NCBI GenBank assembly: GCA_951804945.1 | Contig: OX638149.1 | Span: forward strand, 117,242,001-117,306,000 | DNA: 64,000 nucleotides | Source: Podarcis cretensis | Lineage: Eukaryota | Direction of reading: 5' to 3' | Made by a program: the position numbers and the translations under genes | Part shown: positions 27,501 to 42,500 of the stretch, piece after piece | How positions within the stretch are numbered: position 1 is the stretch's first letter | How the letters are laid out: every line of letters begins with the position of its first letter | Notes under the pieces: model-generated | The model's database searches: none | What the model was told of the DNA's origin: nothing | Seen by the model: the letters and a program-made list of their open reading frames with translations, nothing else

Positions 27501-30500
27501 GGTCCTTTGAAAGTTACAGGTGTGACTGCAGAAAAGTGTTATCTGGCATGGGGACCACCTTTACACGATGGTGGCTCTAACATTTCACATTATATTATAG
27601 AAAAGAGAGAGACAAGTCGACTTTCATGGACACAAGTGGCATCTGATGTGCAAGCTCTGAACCACAAAGTAACCAGGCTTCTTCCAAACAATGAGTACAT
27701 TTTCCGTGTAATGGCTGTCAACAAATATGGAATTGGTGAACCACTGGAATCCGAGCCTGTGTTGGCATGTAATCCATACAAACCTCCAGGCCCTCCTTCA
27801 ATACCTGAAGTTTCTGCAATCACAAAAGATTCTATGATTGTAACCTGGGGTCGTCCAGAGGATAATGGTGGTGCTGAAATTGAAGGGTACATACTAGAAA
27901 AGCGAGACAAAGATGGTATTCGGTGGACCAAGTGCAATAAGAAGAGGCTAACAGACTTAAGACTCAGAGTAACTGGACTTACAGATGGCCATTTCTATGA
28001 ATTTAGGGTTTCTGCTGAAAATGCTGCTGGTGTTGGTGAACCTAGTGAACCATCAGTTTTCTATCGAGCCTGTGATGCAGTGTATCCACCAGGCCCTCCA
28101 AGCAATCCGAAGGTGACAGATACCTCCAGATCATCTGTGTCCCTTGCATGGAACAAGCCCATTTACGATGGTGGTGCACCTGTTAAAGGATACATTGTGG
28201 AATTTAAGGAAGCTACTGCTGATGAATGGACAACTTGCACACCTCCATCAGGTTTACAAGGAAAGCAATTCACAGTAGAAAAACTTAAAGAGAATAGTGA
28301 GTATAATTTCCGCATCTGTGCTATGAACTCTGAAGGAGTTGGAGAACCAGCAACTATACCTGGTAGTGTTGTTGCTGCTGAAAAAATTGAACCTCCTGAA
28401 ATTGAACTTGATGCAGATCTCAGAAAAGTTGTCACCGTGCGTGCTAGTGGCACATTGCGATTGTTTGTCACTATCAAAGGGAGGCCAGAGCCAGAAGTAA
28501 AGTGGGAGAAAGCAGAAGGCACTCTGAGCGACAGAGCCCAGATTGAGGCTACCAGTTCATATACAATGTTGGTCATTGATAATGTAAACAGATTTGACAG
28601 TGGTAGATATAACCTGACTTTAGAAAACAATAGTGGCAAAAAATCTGCTTTTGTTAACGTGAGAGTGCTTGATACACCAAGTGCACCTGTGAACTTGAAC
28701 ATCAGAGAAGTGAAGAAAGATTCAGTGACATTAGCTTGGGAGCCCCCACTTATTGATGGTGGTGCTAAAATTACAAATTACATCATTGAAAAACGAGAAA
28801 CCACAAGAAAGGCATATGCCACTATTACAAATAACTGTGCCAAGAATGTCTTCAGAATTGATCAGCTGCAGGAAGGATGTAGTTACTACTTCCGTGTCTT
28901 GGCGGCAAATGAATATGGAGTTGGTTTGCCAGCAGAAACAACTGAACCAGTTAAGGCTTCTGAACCACCCTATCCACCTGGAAAAGTTACCCTTGTTGAT
29001 GTTACACGCCACACTGCTACTATTAAATGGGAGAAACCTGAGAGTGATGGTGGCAGTAAAATAACTGGCTATGTAGTAGAAATGCAAACTAAAGGAAGTG
29101 AAAAATGGAGCACCTGCACACAAGTTAAAACATTAGAAGCAACAGTATCAGGATTAAGTATGGGAGAAGAATACACTTTCCGAGTATGTGCTGTCAACGA
29201 AAAAGGGAAGAGTGATCCAAGACAGCTTGGGGTTCCAGTAGTTGCGAAGGATATTGAAATCCAGCCTTCAGTTGAGCTCCTTTTCAATACTTTCAGTGTT
29301 AAAGCTGGTGAAGATCTTAAGATTGATGTGCCCATCAGAGGAAGGCCAGTTCCATCAGTTAGCTGGAAGAAAGATGGACTGCCTTTAAGAGAGACAACAA
29401 GGGTAAATGTCCACACATCAAAGACATCAACCTCACTAACAATCAAGGAAGCATTGAAAGAAGATGTAGGGAGTTATGAATTAAATGTTTCAAACAGTGC
29501 TGGCTCTACAACAGCTTCCATTACTGTAATTGTACTGGACAAGCCAGGACCTCCAACAGCATTGCATATTGACAATGTCAGCAATGATAATGTAACCATA
29601 TCTTGGAAACCCCCGGAGTATGATGGTGGATGTCAAATTAATAATTATATTGTGGAGAAGAGAGAAACAACTACTACAACATGGAGTATAGTGTCTGCGG
29701 CAGTTGCACGAACTTCGATAAAAATAATTCGCTTAACCACAGGATCAGAATATCAATTCCGTGTTTCTGCAGAAAATCGCTATGGCAGGAGCACTTTCGT
29801 TGAAACTGCACCTGTTGTTGCAGAGTATCCATTTAGTCTTCCTGGACCACCTGGTACTCCCCGAGTAACACATGCAACTAAAGCCTTCATGGTTGTAACC
29901 TGGCAAGAGCCAGTTAATGACGGAGGTAGCAGAGTACTTGGTTATCACCTTGAGCGTAAAGAAAGAAGCAGCATCCTTTGGACTAAAGTAAATAAAATCC
30001 TTATAAGTGACACACAGATGAAGGTCACAGGCCTTGATGAAGGACTAATGTATGAATATCGTGTGTATGCAGAAAACATTGTAGGAATAGGTAAATGTAG
30101 CAAATCATGTGAGCCTGTTGCTGCAAGGGACCCATGTGATCCTCCTGGCCAACCAGAAGTGACTAACATTACAAGAACATGTGTCTCACTCAAATGGACC
30201 AAACCAGAATATGATGGTGGTGCTAAGATCACAGGCTATATTATAGAGCGGAAAGAGTTACCAGATGGTCGTTGGCTGAAGTGTAACTTCACCAATGTGC
30301 AAGAAACTTTCTTTGATGTAACAGGACTTACTGAAGACCAGCGATACGAATTCCATGTAATTGCAAGGAATGCTGCTGGACTATTTAGTGAGCCATCTGA
30401 ATCAACTGGGCCAGTGACTGTAAAGGATGATGTTGAGGCTCCAAGAATTATGATGGATGTCAAATTCAGGGATGTTGTTATTGTTAAAGCTGGAGAGATC

Positions 30501-33500
30501 TTGAAAATCAATGCCGATATTGCAGGGCGACCCTTACCAGTAGTTTCATGGACAAAGGATGGCAAAGACATTGAAGAGAAAGCAAGAGTTGAAATTGTTT
30601 CAACTGATAGCACTACTGCAATAACTGTCAAAGACTGCATTCGACGTGATTCAGGGCAATATGTGCTAACATTACAAAATGTTGCTGGAGTTAGATCATT
30701 GGCTGTCAATTGCAAAGTACTTGATAGACCTGGTCCACCAGCAGCCCCACTAGAAATCAAAGGACTTACTGCTGAAAAATGTCATCTGTCATGGGGACCG
30801 CCTCAAGAAAATGGAGGTGCAGAGATTGACTATTATATTGTGGAAAAGCGTGAGACCAGTAGAATTGCATGGACTCTTTGTGAAGCAGAGCATCCAACAA
30901 CATCCTGCAAAGTGACAAAACTACTTAGAGGAAATGAATACATCTTCAGAGTGATGGGGGTTAACAAATATGGTGTTGGTGAACCTTTGGAAAGTGAAGC
31001 TGTCAAGGCCCTTGATCCATTTACTGTTCCAAGCCCACCTACATCTTTAGAGATTACTAGTGTGACAAAGGAGTCCATGACTATTTGCTGGGCAAGACCT
31101 GACAGTGATGGAGGTAATGAAATTTCTGGATATGTGATTGAAAGGCGTGAGAAAAACAGCCTGAGGTGGATACGTGTGAACAAAAAGCCCGTTTTTGATC
31201 TAAGGGTAAAATCCTCAGGCCTCCGGCAAGGATGTGAATATGAATATCGGGTATTTGCAGAAAACGCTGCAGGTCTTAGTCTTCCTAGTGATACTTCACC
31301 ACTTATTAAAGCAGAAGATCCTGTTTTCCTTCCATCACCTCCATCTAGGCCTAAGATTGTGGACTCTACAAGGTCACATATAACAATTGGATGGACAAAG
31401 CCATTATTTGATGGTGGTGCTCCTGTTACTGGATACACAGTTGAATACAAGCTAACCAGTGAAACTGATTGGTCAACTGCTATTCAAAGCTTAAGAGGTA
31501 CAGAATACACTGTAATTGGTCTTACATCAGGAGCTGAATATGTTTTCAGAGTAAGGTCTATCAACAAGGTTGGCACTAGTGACCCAAGTGATGTTTCAGA
31601 ACCTCAGGTGGCAAAAGAAAGGGAAGAAGAGCCTGCATTTGATATTGACAATGAAATGAGAAAGACTTTAGTCGTGAAAGCTGGTGGCTCATTTACAATG
31701 ACTGTACCTTTCAGAGGAAAGCCTATCCCTAATGTAATGTGGAGCAAGCCAGATACTGACCTTCGTACTCGAGCAAGTATTGATACTTCAGATAACCGCA
31801 CCTCAATTACTGTTGAAAAAGCAACAAGGAATGACTCTGGAAAGTATACACTAACACTGCAAAATATTGTAAGCACAGCTACTTTGACATTAGTTGTCAA
31901 AGTGCTTGACTCACCGGGACCTCCATCTAATATCGTTGTAAAAGATGTCACAAAAGAATCAGCCGTGTTATCTTGGGAAGCTCCTGAGAACGATGGAGGT
32001 GCTCCTGTGAAGAACTATTATATTGAAAAACGAGAAGCAAGCAAGAAAGCTTGGGTCACTGTAACCAACAATTGCCATCGTCTTTCCTACAAAGTTACCA
32101 ATCTGCAAGAAGGTGGAATTTATTACTTCAGAGTCTCTGGAGAAAATGAGTTTGGTGTTGGAGTCCCAACTGAAACAAAGGATGGAGTGAAAATAACAGG
32201 TTTGTTCTTTAAAATATGTTCATTATATATGCGTGTGAGTGTATAACTATCTACCCATGCATACACATGCACACTAATTGTTCACAGGACTTTAGTCTTA
32301 ATGTGTAATGCTTATATTACTGTTATTAATTTATTGTAAGGCAGTAATCAAATTTTTAGGTGTCTTGAAAACACCTAATAACTCTAATAATATTTTAATA
32401 TAGGCATGCAAGATAAAACTTCCCTATTTAGGGAAGTTTTAGGGAAGTTTTTAATGTTTAATGCTGTGTTGTGTTTTTAATATCCGACTGGGAGCTGCAC
32501 AGAGTGGCTGCTAATAAATTAGTATTAGTATTAGTATTATTAAAATGTACTGCTTTCCTGTGGAAAAAATGTGCTTGCTGAATACATTAAAATTAAGTGG
32601 AATGCATATGACACATTTGCTCTCGATTCATCTTCTATTTATTAATTTCTTGATCATCTTCTCTTTATTTTTCAGAAAAACCAAGTCCACCCGAAAAACT
32701 GGGAGTATCAAACGTTACTAAAGATAGTGTATCTCTTGTGTGGCTGAAGCCAGAACATGATGGAGGAAGCAGAGTTGTCGGCTACCTTGTTGAAGCCCTA
32801 GAGAAAGGGCAGCAGAAATGGGTCAGATGTGCTGTAGTCAAGACAACTCATCATATTGTCCAGGGTCTCAAGGAGAATGCAGAGTACTTCTTTAGAGTAT
32901 TTGCTGAAAACCAAGCTGGTCTAAGTGACCCCAAAGAGCTTCTTCATGCCGTTACAGTTAAAGAACAACTAGGTATGTGGAAATGGTGCATTCTCCTTGG
33001 AATCACCTCGGTGACACTGATGGCAATTTGGCATCTGCTAAAAACTTTATTCTCCCAGTCCTTTGCTGCATGTTGATACCAGTTGATCATAATAACATGT
33101 CTGTTTTGATCTAAAGTTGACTGGTATTTTACTTATTCTTTAAGTTTTGATGTAATTTTAATGTGTATGTGTATACTGCCTTGTGATGTTTACATGAAAG
33201 GTGTTATAGAAATAGTTTTAATTAATAAATAACGAATAGTTAGCATAGAGCTCATACAAATTCATATGAAAATGCACTTGAAAACTATTGTTTTTAACAT
33301 TTTGCAAATGTATTTTTTCAGAATCTCCTGAAGTGGACATGAAAGGTTTCCCGAACCACACCGTTTATGTAAGAGCAGGTTCAAACCTAAAGGTAGAGAT
33401 TCCAATTTCTGGAAGACCATTGCCAAAGGTGACTTTATCCAGGGACGGCATTCCTCTCAAACCAACGATGAGGTTTAACACTGAAACCACAGCTGAAAGT

Positions 33501-36500
33501 GTCATCGTTAATCTCAAAGAAAGTGTGGCTACTGATTCTGGTAGATATGACATCACAGCTTCCAACTCCAGTGGAACTACTAAATCTTTCCTTAAGATTG
33601 TTGTCCTAGACAGACCAGGCCCTCCAGTTGGTCCTGTTGTTGTAAGTGATATCACTGAACAAGGTCTTACCCTTAAGTGGGAGCCACCTCGTTATGATGG
33701 CGGAAGTCAAGTTACCAACTACATCGTACTGAAAAGAGAAACAAGCACTGCTGTGTGGTCTGAAGTGTCTTCAACTGTTGCTAGAAACATGATCAAGATC
33801 ACAAAACTTACAACAGGAGAAGAATATCAATTCCGTATTAAAGCAGAAAATCGCTTTGGCATAAGTGACCATATTGACTCTGCATGTATAACTGTTAAGC
33901 TTCCTTACAGTAAGTGACTTTTTGTTTGCTCGTTTTCTGAGTTTTTCTTTTTTTTATATAAATATTTATTAAGATTTTTTAAATACAAAAATGCAAAAAA
34001 TAAAAACAATATAACATATATCGTAGCATATGTTCAAAGCTTCTTTGGACTCCCTCACGCCTCCCGCTCCCACTTGCATCATTGTAAAAAATTTTCCAGC
34101 AATTTATCAACTTGTTTACATTCTTAAATCTCATTCATTTAATTTAATTCTGAGTTTTTCAGGCATGTATTTATGATTTATTAACCTGTACTTAATATTC
34201 ATTTAGCACCCCCTGGACCACCTTCCACACCATGGATCACCAGCGTGACTCGAGAAAGCATCGTTGTTGGATGGCATGAACCTGTTTCCAATGGAGGCAG
34301 TGCAGTCATTGGCTACCATTTGGAAATGAAGGACAGGAACAGTATTTTATGGAAGAAAGCTAACAAAATGATTATACGCACAACTCATTTCAAGGCCTCC
34401 AATATCACCGCCGGTCTCATTTATGAGTTCAGAGTGTATGCAGAAAATGCAGCTGGTATTGGAAAAGCAAGCCATCCATCTGATGCAGTTCTTGCTATAG
34501 ATGCCTGTGGTATGTAGTCTGTAGTAAAGGATAAGAATCATATTTCAAATAATGAATTTAGTAGAAAATATTTATTTGGTGAGTCATTGTTGAATGAACA
34601 CATTAATTCCAAATGTTGTTGCTGTTTCATACTGCAGAGCCGCCAAGAACCCTTCGTGTCAAAGATATTTCCAAAACATTTGTCAATCTTTCTTGGACAC
34701 AGCCAGCTTTTGATGGTGGCAGCAAAATTACTGGATATATTGTTGAGAAACGTGATCTTCCAAATGGAAGATGGACAAAAGCAAGCTTCACCAATGTCAT
34801 TGAGACTAATTTCACTGTATCAGGATTGACTCAAAACTCCCAATATGAATTCCGTGTTTTTGCTAAGAATGCTGCTGGTTCAATTAGCAATCCATCTGAT
34901 GTTTTAGGCCCTATAACATGTGTGGATACATATGGTAAGAAATTAATAATGCATAAACACTGATATCCAGTTATATGTTTGAGTTTAAAGTAAATACTGT
35001 TAACAGAAATTCTAATTTGAATTCAGGGGCCTTAGCTGGGCAGCACAGTACAGTTTCAAGCTTGCCTTTCACTATCAGAGGATACTAGGAAATTATTATT
35101 TGGCACTGAATGCTGCTTTGTTATCAATCTTTCTGAGAATTTCAAAAATGTTAATATATTTTCTATTCCACTTCTTTTTCATTAAGGTGCACCTGAAATT
35201 GATGTACCCCCAGAATATACAGAAGTAGTCAAATACAAAGCAGACACGGCAATTAAACTGAAACTTGGCATCTCAGGAAAGCCTGTGCCTACAATTGAGT
35301 GGTTCCACAATGGTAAAGAAATACATACCAGTGCCCAGGTATCTATTGAAAACACCACAGAATTTTCAGCTATACTGATCAAAGAAGCAACTCGTATTAA
35401 CAGTGGAAGTTACGAACTGAAATTAAAGAATGCCATGGGTTCTGCATCTGCCACCATTAGGGTACAGATACTTGGTATGTTTGGAGCATTTTCATATTGT
35501 TTTCTTCTGTCAATTCAACTAGCTGTATCCATTATTGCCTATTTAAAATATATAATTTTCTTGCATGTTAAACAGATAAACCAGGACCACCAGGTGGACC
35601 TATACATTTCAAAACTGTCACTGCAGAAAAGATTACCCTTATGTGGCAACCGCCAGCAGATGATGGAGGTGCTGCTGTAACACATTACATTGTTGAGAAA
35701 CGTGAGACAAGCCGTGTGGTATGGTCTGTGGTTTCAGAAAAACTTGAAGAGTGCATTGTCACTACCACAAAAGTCATAAAAGGAAATGAATATATATTCC
35801 GTGTACGAGGTGTAAACAAATTTGGTGTTGGTGAACCACTGGAATCTGACACTGTCATAGCTAAAAATGCATTTGGTAAGTTAAAACAAATGGCACTTAA
35901 TACCTTTTTTATTATCTCTATAATAAAATTATAAACTAATTACCTATTAGCTTATATTGACCTGATGTTATTTTTGTTTCAATAAAAATGCAGTTACACC
36001 TGGACAACCTGGTATACCAGAGGCCTCCAAGATAACTAAACAGTCTATGACCATAGTCTGGAGCAGGCCAACTGTAGATGGTGGTAGCGAGATAAATGGA
36101 TATTACCTTGAGAAACGCGATAAGAAGAGTCTAAGCTGGTTCAAGGTGTCTAAAGAAACCATTCGTGACACCAGGCAGAAAGTGACGGGACTAACAGAAA
36201 ACAGTGAATATCAGTTCAGAGTTTCTGCTGTGAATGCAGCTGGGCAAGGTCCCTTCTCTGATGCATCGGACTTCTACAAAGCTGAAGATCCTATAGGTAA
36301 GAAACCTTTCATTTGATTGTGCAAAAATGCAAAGGTCAAATTATACACATTCTTGAAACTGTGTAAGGACATATATTGCTCTAAATTATTGCTATATGTT
36401 GTCAGGATTGTCAAGTCTCATTTTTGTTACTTGCATTTCGCAGAAAAACCTGGGCCACCTCTTAAGCTAAAAGTTGTGGATACTACAAAGACATCTGTCA

Positions 36501-39500
36501 CACTTAGCTGGACTAAACCAGCCTATGATGGAGGAAGTGCAATTACCAGCTATGCTATTGAAAAGAGAGAAGGGGAAGAAGAAGAATGGACTCTGGTCAG
36601 TGCAAGAGGAGAAGTGCGTACCACAGAGTATGTTGTTTCTCACCTTCAGCCAGGAATCAATTACTACTTCCGTGTAGCTGCTATAAATTATGCTGGACAA
36701 GGTGAACCCATTGAAATGACAGAAGCTGTACAAGCTAAAGACATACTTGGTATGTAAATGTATTTTTATTATTATATTTAATATTTGGTATTTTCATCTC
36801 CCCCCCCAAATACGAATTATTTTTCTTTTAACTTTATTTTATTATTATTATTTTATTTTTTGCAGAGGAGGCACAGATTGATCTAGATGTTGCTCTCAGA
36901 ACCTCCATTGTGGCTAAAGCAGGTGAAGATGTACAGATAATGATTCCATTCAAAGGAAGACCACCTCCAACTGTCACATGGAGAAAGGGTGAAAAAAATC
37001 TAGGTGTTGATGAAAGATACAGCATTCAGAACACAGAATCGTCCACACTCCTTAGTATTCCTCAAGTCACTCGCAATGACACAGGAAAATATGTCCTCAC
37101 AATTGAGAATGGAGTTGGAAAACCCAAAACCTCATTTGTGAACGTTAAAGTCCTTGACACTCCATCTGCATGCCAGAGACTTCATCTTAAACATGTTTCT
37201 CGTGGAACTGTGACATTGGTATGGGACCCACCACTCATCAATGGTGGTTCTGAAGTAACAAATTATGTCATTGACAAAAGAGATGCCACAAAGAGAGCAT
37301 GGTCCTCTGTTACAGCCAAGTGCTCTAATACATCATTTAAGATAACTGACTTATCAGAGAAGATCCCATACTTCTTCCGTGTTCTTGCAGAAAATGAAAA
37401 TGGATTGGGTGAACCATGTGAAACTTCAGAACCAGTGAAAGCAGCAGAAGTCCCTGGACCTGTACGGGATCTGGCCATGAAAGATTCAACAAAGACGTCT
37501 GTCACTTTACAGTGGAGCAAACCTGAATTTGATGGTGGTAGTATCATAACTGATTACATTATTGAGAAGAAACTGAAGGATGAACATGAATGGTCATATG
37601 CAGGGGCAAGTAAAGCATGCGAATTTGAAGTTGAAAAACTTAAGGAGCTTTCTGTTATGGAGTTCAGAGTTTCTGCAAAGAATGAAAAAGGAAGAAGTGA
37701 TTTTTCTGTAATTGGACCCATTACAGTGAAAGACTATGTAATAACACCTGAAGCAGACCTTTCTGATATACCTGGAGGACAAGTAACAGTGAGAATAGGT
37801 TATAATGTACATGTTGAAATACCATATAAGGGAAAGCCAAAGCCAACTATGAGCTGGCTGAAAGACAACATTCCTCTTAAAGAAAGTGAACAGGTTCGCT
37901 TCAAGAAAACTGAAAACAAAATAACTTTAAGCGTTAAGAATGTGAAAAAAGAAAATGGTGGCAAATATACCTTAATTCTTGATAATGGTGTTCACAGAAA
38001 GTCATTCCCAATCACAGTTATAACACTTGGTCCACCATCTAAGCCCAAGGGACCCATTAAACTAGACGAAATCAGAGCAGATAGTATGGTTCTTTCATGG
38101 GGTGTTCCTGAAGATGATGGGGGAGGAGAAATCACTGGCTACAGTGTTGAGAAGCGTGAAACCTCACAGACCAACTGGAAAATGATCTGTTCTAGTGTGT
38201 CAAGGACAACCTTCAAAGTTTCCAACCTTGTTAAAGATGCAGAGTATCAGTTCAGAGTCCGCGCAGAAAACAGATACGGAGTGAGCCCACCACTAAACTC
38301 CATTGAGGTCATAGCAAAACACCAGTTCAAACCACCAGGTTCACCAGGGAAGCCTGTTGTTTACAATGTGACAGCTGATGGAATGACCATATCTTGGGAT
38401 GCTCCAGTCTATGACGGAGGAGCAGAAATTACTGGATACCATGTTGAAAAGAAAGAACGAAATAGCATATTGTGGCAGAAAGTCAATTTGTCACCAATAT
38501 CTAATAGAGAATACAGAATTACTGGATTAATGGATGGTTTGGACTACCAGTTCCGTGTATATGCAGAAAACTCTGCTGGATTAAGCTCTGCTAGTGACCC
38601 AAGCAAATTTGCCTTGGCCGTTTCGCCAGTAGGTAAGTGACTGACTGATCACTGAATACAATGCACCTGTCTCAACACGCTGTTGGAATTTATGCTGATT
38701 AATGCACCTGTGTTTCTTTCAGATCCACCTGGCACCCCTGATTACATTGATGTGACTAGGGAGACTATTACTCTGAAATGGACAGCACCTCTGCGTGATG
38801 GAGGCAGCAAGATTGTGGGCTACAGTATTGAGAAACGTCAAGGAAGTGGTGATCGCTGGGTCAGATGCAATTTTATTGATGTCAGTGAATGCCAGTATAC
38901 AGCTACAGGGCTTAGCCCCGGCGATCGGTATGAATTCAGAATACTTGCAAGAAATGCTGTTGGAACTATCAGCCCTCCTTCTCAGTCTTCAGGCTATATC
39001 ATGACCAGAGATGAAGCCGGTAAGCCTTATTTATAAGCATGTTATGTGCAGGCTCTTCTAAAGTTTATGGGCCACAGCACTTTATTTATAGCCAATGGCT
39101 GTATTATTGAATGGCTTTGAACTCTGGTGACTATCTCACTATCTGTTAAGCAACTGATTAACACTGTCCATTCCTACTAACACTGTAAATCAGGAGTAGG
39201 CAACCTTTTCCATCCAAAGCACACAGTCCCTCATGGATAATCTTCATGGGGACACATGCTTGGTATGGAGGGCAGAGGCAAAAAAGACAGAGCAGTGGAC
39301 GTGGCTCTTACTTTTGTTCAGTAGGCTACATTCCAGACATGCAAAANNNNNNNNNNNNNNNNNNNNNNNNNNNNNNNNNNNNNNNNNNNNNNNNNNNNNN
39401 NNNNNNNNNNNNNNNNNNNNNNNNNNNNNNNNNNNNNNNNNNNNNNNNNNNNNNNNNNNNNNNNNNNNNNNNNNNNNNNNNNNNNCATATACAGATGTGT

Positions 39501-42500
39501 ATTTTTGTAATATTTTGTTTAAGTTGTGTTTTTGCTTCAGTTTTCTGTATAGCACTTTGAGCTATTTTTACTATAGTAAGTGATGTAGAAATTAGTTAAT
39601 CAATCAATCAATCAATCAATCAATCCTCGATGTAGCCAAGCAAGAGGTATTATCACTCTTCAGAGACACATTCCAGTCATGCAAAAGCACTTGAGCAGGC
39701 TTCCTCAACCTCGGCCCTCCAGATGTTTTGAGACTACAATTCCCATCATCCCTGACCACTGATCCTGCTAGCTAGGGATCATGGGAGTTGTAGGCCAAAA
39801 ATATCTGGAGGGCCAAAGTTGAGGAAGCCTGCACTTGAGGAATGTGTGAAGCTGCCTCGGAGAGGGTTATGACTTGAGGAAAGTGGGGATGACTGACTAG
39901 GGAGAATCCTGAGGGCTAACTGGAAAGCTTGGGCTTCCTCATCCCTGCTGCAAAAGATCATAAACATGAACTGAGTAACTCAATTTTTTTTAACACACAA
40001 AAAGATATTATGTGGAAGACTGGCTTATAAATACTGATAGTTTTGTATTTAATATTAAGTGAAACTCTGACATAAAATAACTGGTATAGCTCTTTATAGT
40101 TTTGTAAGAAAATACATTGCTGACCATTAAGTGAACATTATTTTACTTCTTTTTATTCTTTAGTTGCGCCAAACATTGAGTTCGGTGCCGAACATTTTGA
40201 AGGTCTTACAGTGAAAGCTGGGGAAAGCATAAGGTTTAAAGTTTTCATCACAGGCCGGCCAGTTCCTCAGGTGATGTGGTATAAAGATGGAGCTGAGATT
40301 GACAAGAGGCTGAATATGGAAATAAACAATGCAATTGGCTATAGCACCTTGTTTGTTAGAGATGCTTCCCGGGAACATCGTGGAGTATACAGAATAGAAG
40401 CCAAGAATGCATCGGGCACCAGACAGGCAGACATAACCATAAGAGTACACGGTAACTTTCCTTATTGAGCAACTTTTATTTAGCATTCTGTTCATTCTAT
40501 ATTAAAATAAGTACAAATAAAAATAACTGATAATTGACTGTTACAGATACCCCAGGAAAAGTCGGTGGGCCGATACGATTCACCAATGTTACTGAAGAGA
40601 AGGCGTCATTATGGTGGGAGGCTCCCGCTAATGATGGCTGTGCAGCCATTACTCATTATGTGATTGAAAAGCGTGAGACCAGCCGAGTATCCTGGGCATT
40701 GATTGAAGACCACTGTGAAACATGCAGCTACACGGCACACAAATTAATAAAGGGCAATGAATACCAGTTCCGTATCTCAGCAGCCAACAAGTTTGGTGTT
40801 GGCAGGCCACTGGAATCTGATCCAATCGTAGCACAGGCACATTATAGTAAGTTTACATTAAATTGAGAAATCTTAAATTACAGTGTTGGCAACCTTGTTG
40901 AGGATGTTATCTGACTGGCTTCTTTTATTTTACAGCTGTCCCCGAGGCTCCTGGCACTCCAGAACCAAGCAACGTAACAGGAAACAGCATTACACTTACA
41001 TGGACAAGGCCAGCATCAGATGGTGGAAGTGACATTAACCAATATATCTTGGAGAGAAGAGAAAAGAAAAGTATTCTCTGGGTTAAAGTGTCCAGCAAGA
41101 GGCCCATTTCTGAGACACGGTTCAGAGTCACAGGCCTAACCGAAGGCAATGAATATGAGTTCCATGTTATGGCGGAAAATAATGCAGGAGTTGGGCCACC
41201 GAGTGGTGTCTCAAGGCTGATTAAATGCAGAGAGGCAGTTCATCCACCAAGTGCTCCTACTGTTGTCAAAGTGACCGACACATCGAAGACAAGTGTCAGC
41301 TTGGAATGGACCAGGCCTGTTTTCGATGGAGGCCTGGAAATAATTGGCTACATCATCGAAATGTGCAAAGCAGATTTAGGAGAATGGCATAAAGTCAATG
41401 CTGAGACTTGCATTGCTACCAAGTACACTGTGGTTGATCTAGAACCAAACGAAAACTACAAATTCCGAGTCAGTGCTGTAAATGGTGCAGGCAAAGGAGA
41501 AAGCTGTGAAGTTTCTGCTTCAGTGCAAACAATAGATAGACTCTCTTCACCAGAACTTGATATTGATGCTAGCTTCAAGCAGACACATATTGTCAGAGCA
41601 GGTGCAACTATCCGTCTGTTTATTGCCTTCAAGGGCAGACCTGTTCCTACTGCTGTATGGTCCAAAGCAGATTCGTCTCTTAGCCTGCGTGCTGACATAC
41701 ATACAACAGACTCATTCAGTACATTAACTGTGGAGAACTGCAACAGAACAGATGCTGGCAAATACATATTGACTGTAGAAAACAACAGTGGTAAGAAATC
41801 TGTTGCTTTCACTGTTAAAGTACTAGACACTCCAGGGCCACCAGGCCCTATTACATTTAAGGATGTGACCAGAGGCTCTATCACTTTAATGTGGGATGCT
41901 CCTATTTTGGATGGAGGTGCTCGCATCCATCATTATGTCGTGGAGAAGCGAGAAGCAAGCCGTCGCAGCTGGCAGGTTGTCAATGAAAAATGTACTCGTC
42001 AAATTGCTAAGGTCACAGATCTTGCAGAAGGTGTGCCCTATTTTTACCGTGTTTCAGCAGAAAATGAATATGGAATAGGTGAACCTTGTGAATTAACAGA
42101 GCCAGTTGTAGCCACAGAAGAGCCTGCTCCACCTAAGAGATTAGATATTGTTGATACTACCAAGTCATCTGCAATACTAGCTTGGCTGAAACCTGATCAT
42201 GATGGTGGTAGTCGCATCACTGGATACCTCCTAGAGATGAAACAAAAGGGATCTGACTATTGGCTTGAAGCTGGTCAAACTAAACAGCTGACTTTTACAG
42301 TTGAAGGTCTTATAGAGAACAATGAATATGAGTTCCGTGTCAAAGCAAGGAATAATGCTGGCTACAGTCAACCAAGAGAAGCCTTTTCTTCTGTTATTAT
42401 TAAAGAGCCACAGATTGAGCCAACTGCAGATCTCAGTGGAATAACTAAACAACTTATAACTTGCAAAGCTGGTAGCTCTTTCACTATTGACATACCAATT

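Noticed and set aside
33000-33235. Possible decayed LINE 3' end
   Set aside because: Too degenerate to support by eye.
39233-39583. ORFs spanning the N run
   Set aside because: Artefacts of the assembly gap.
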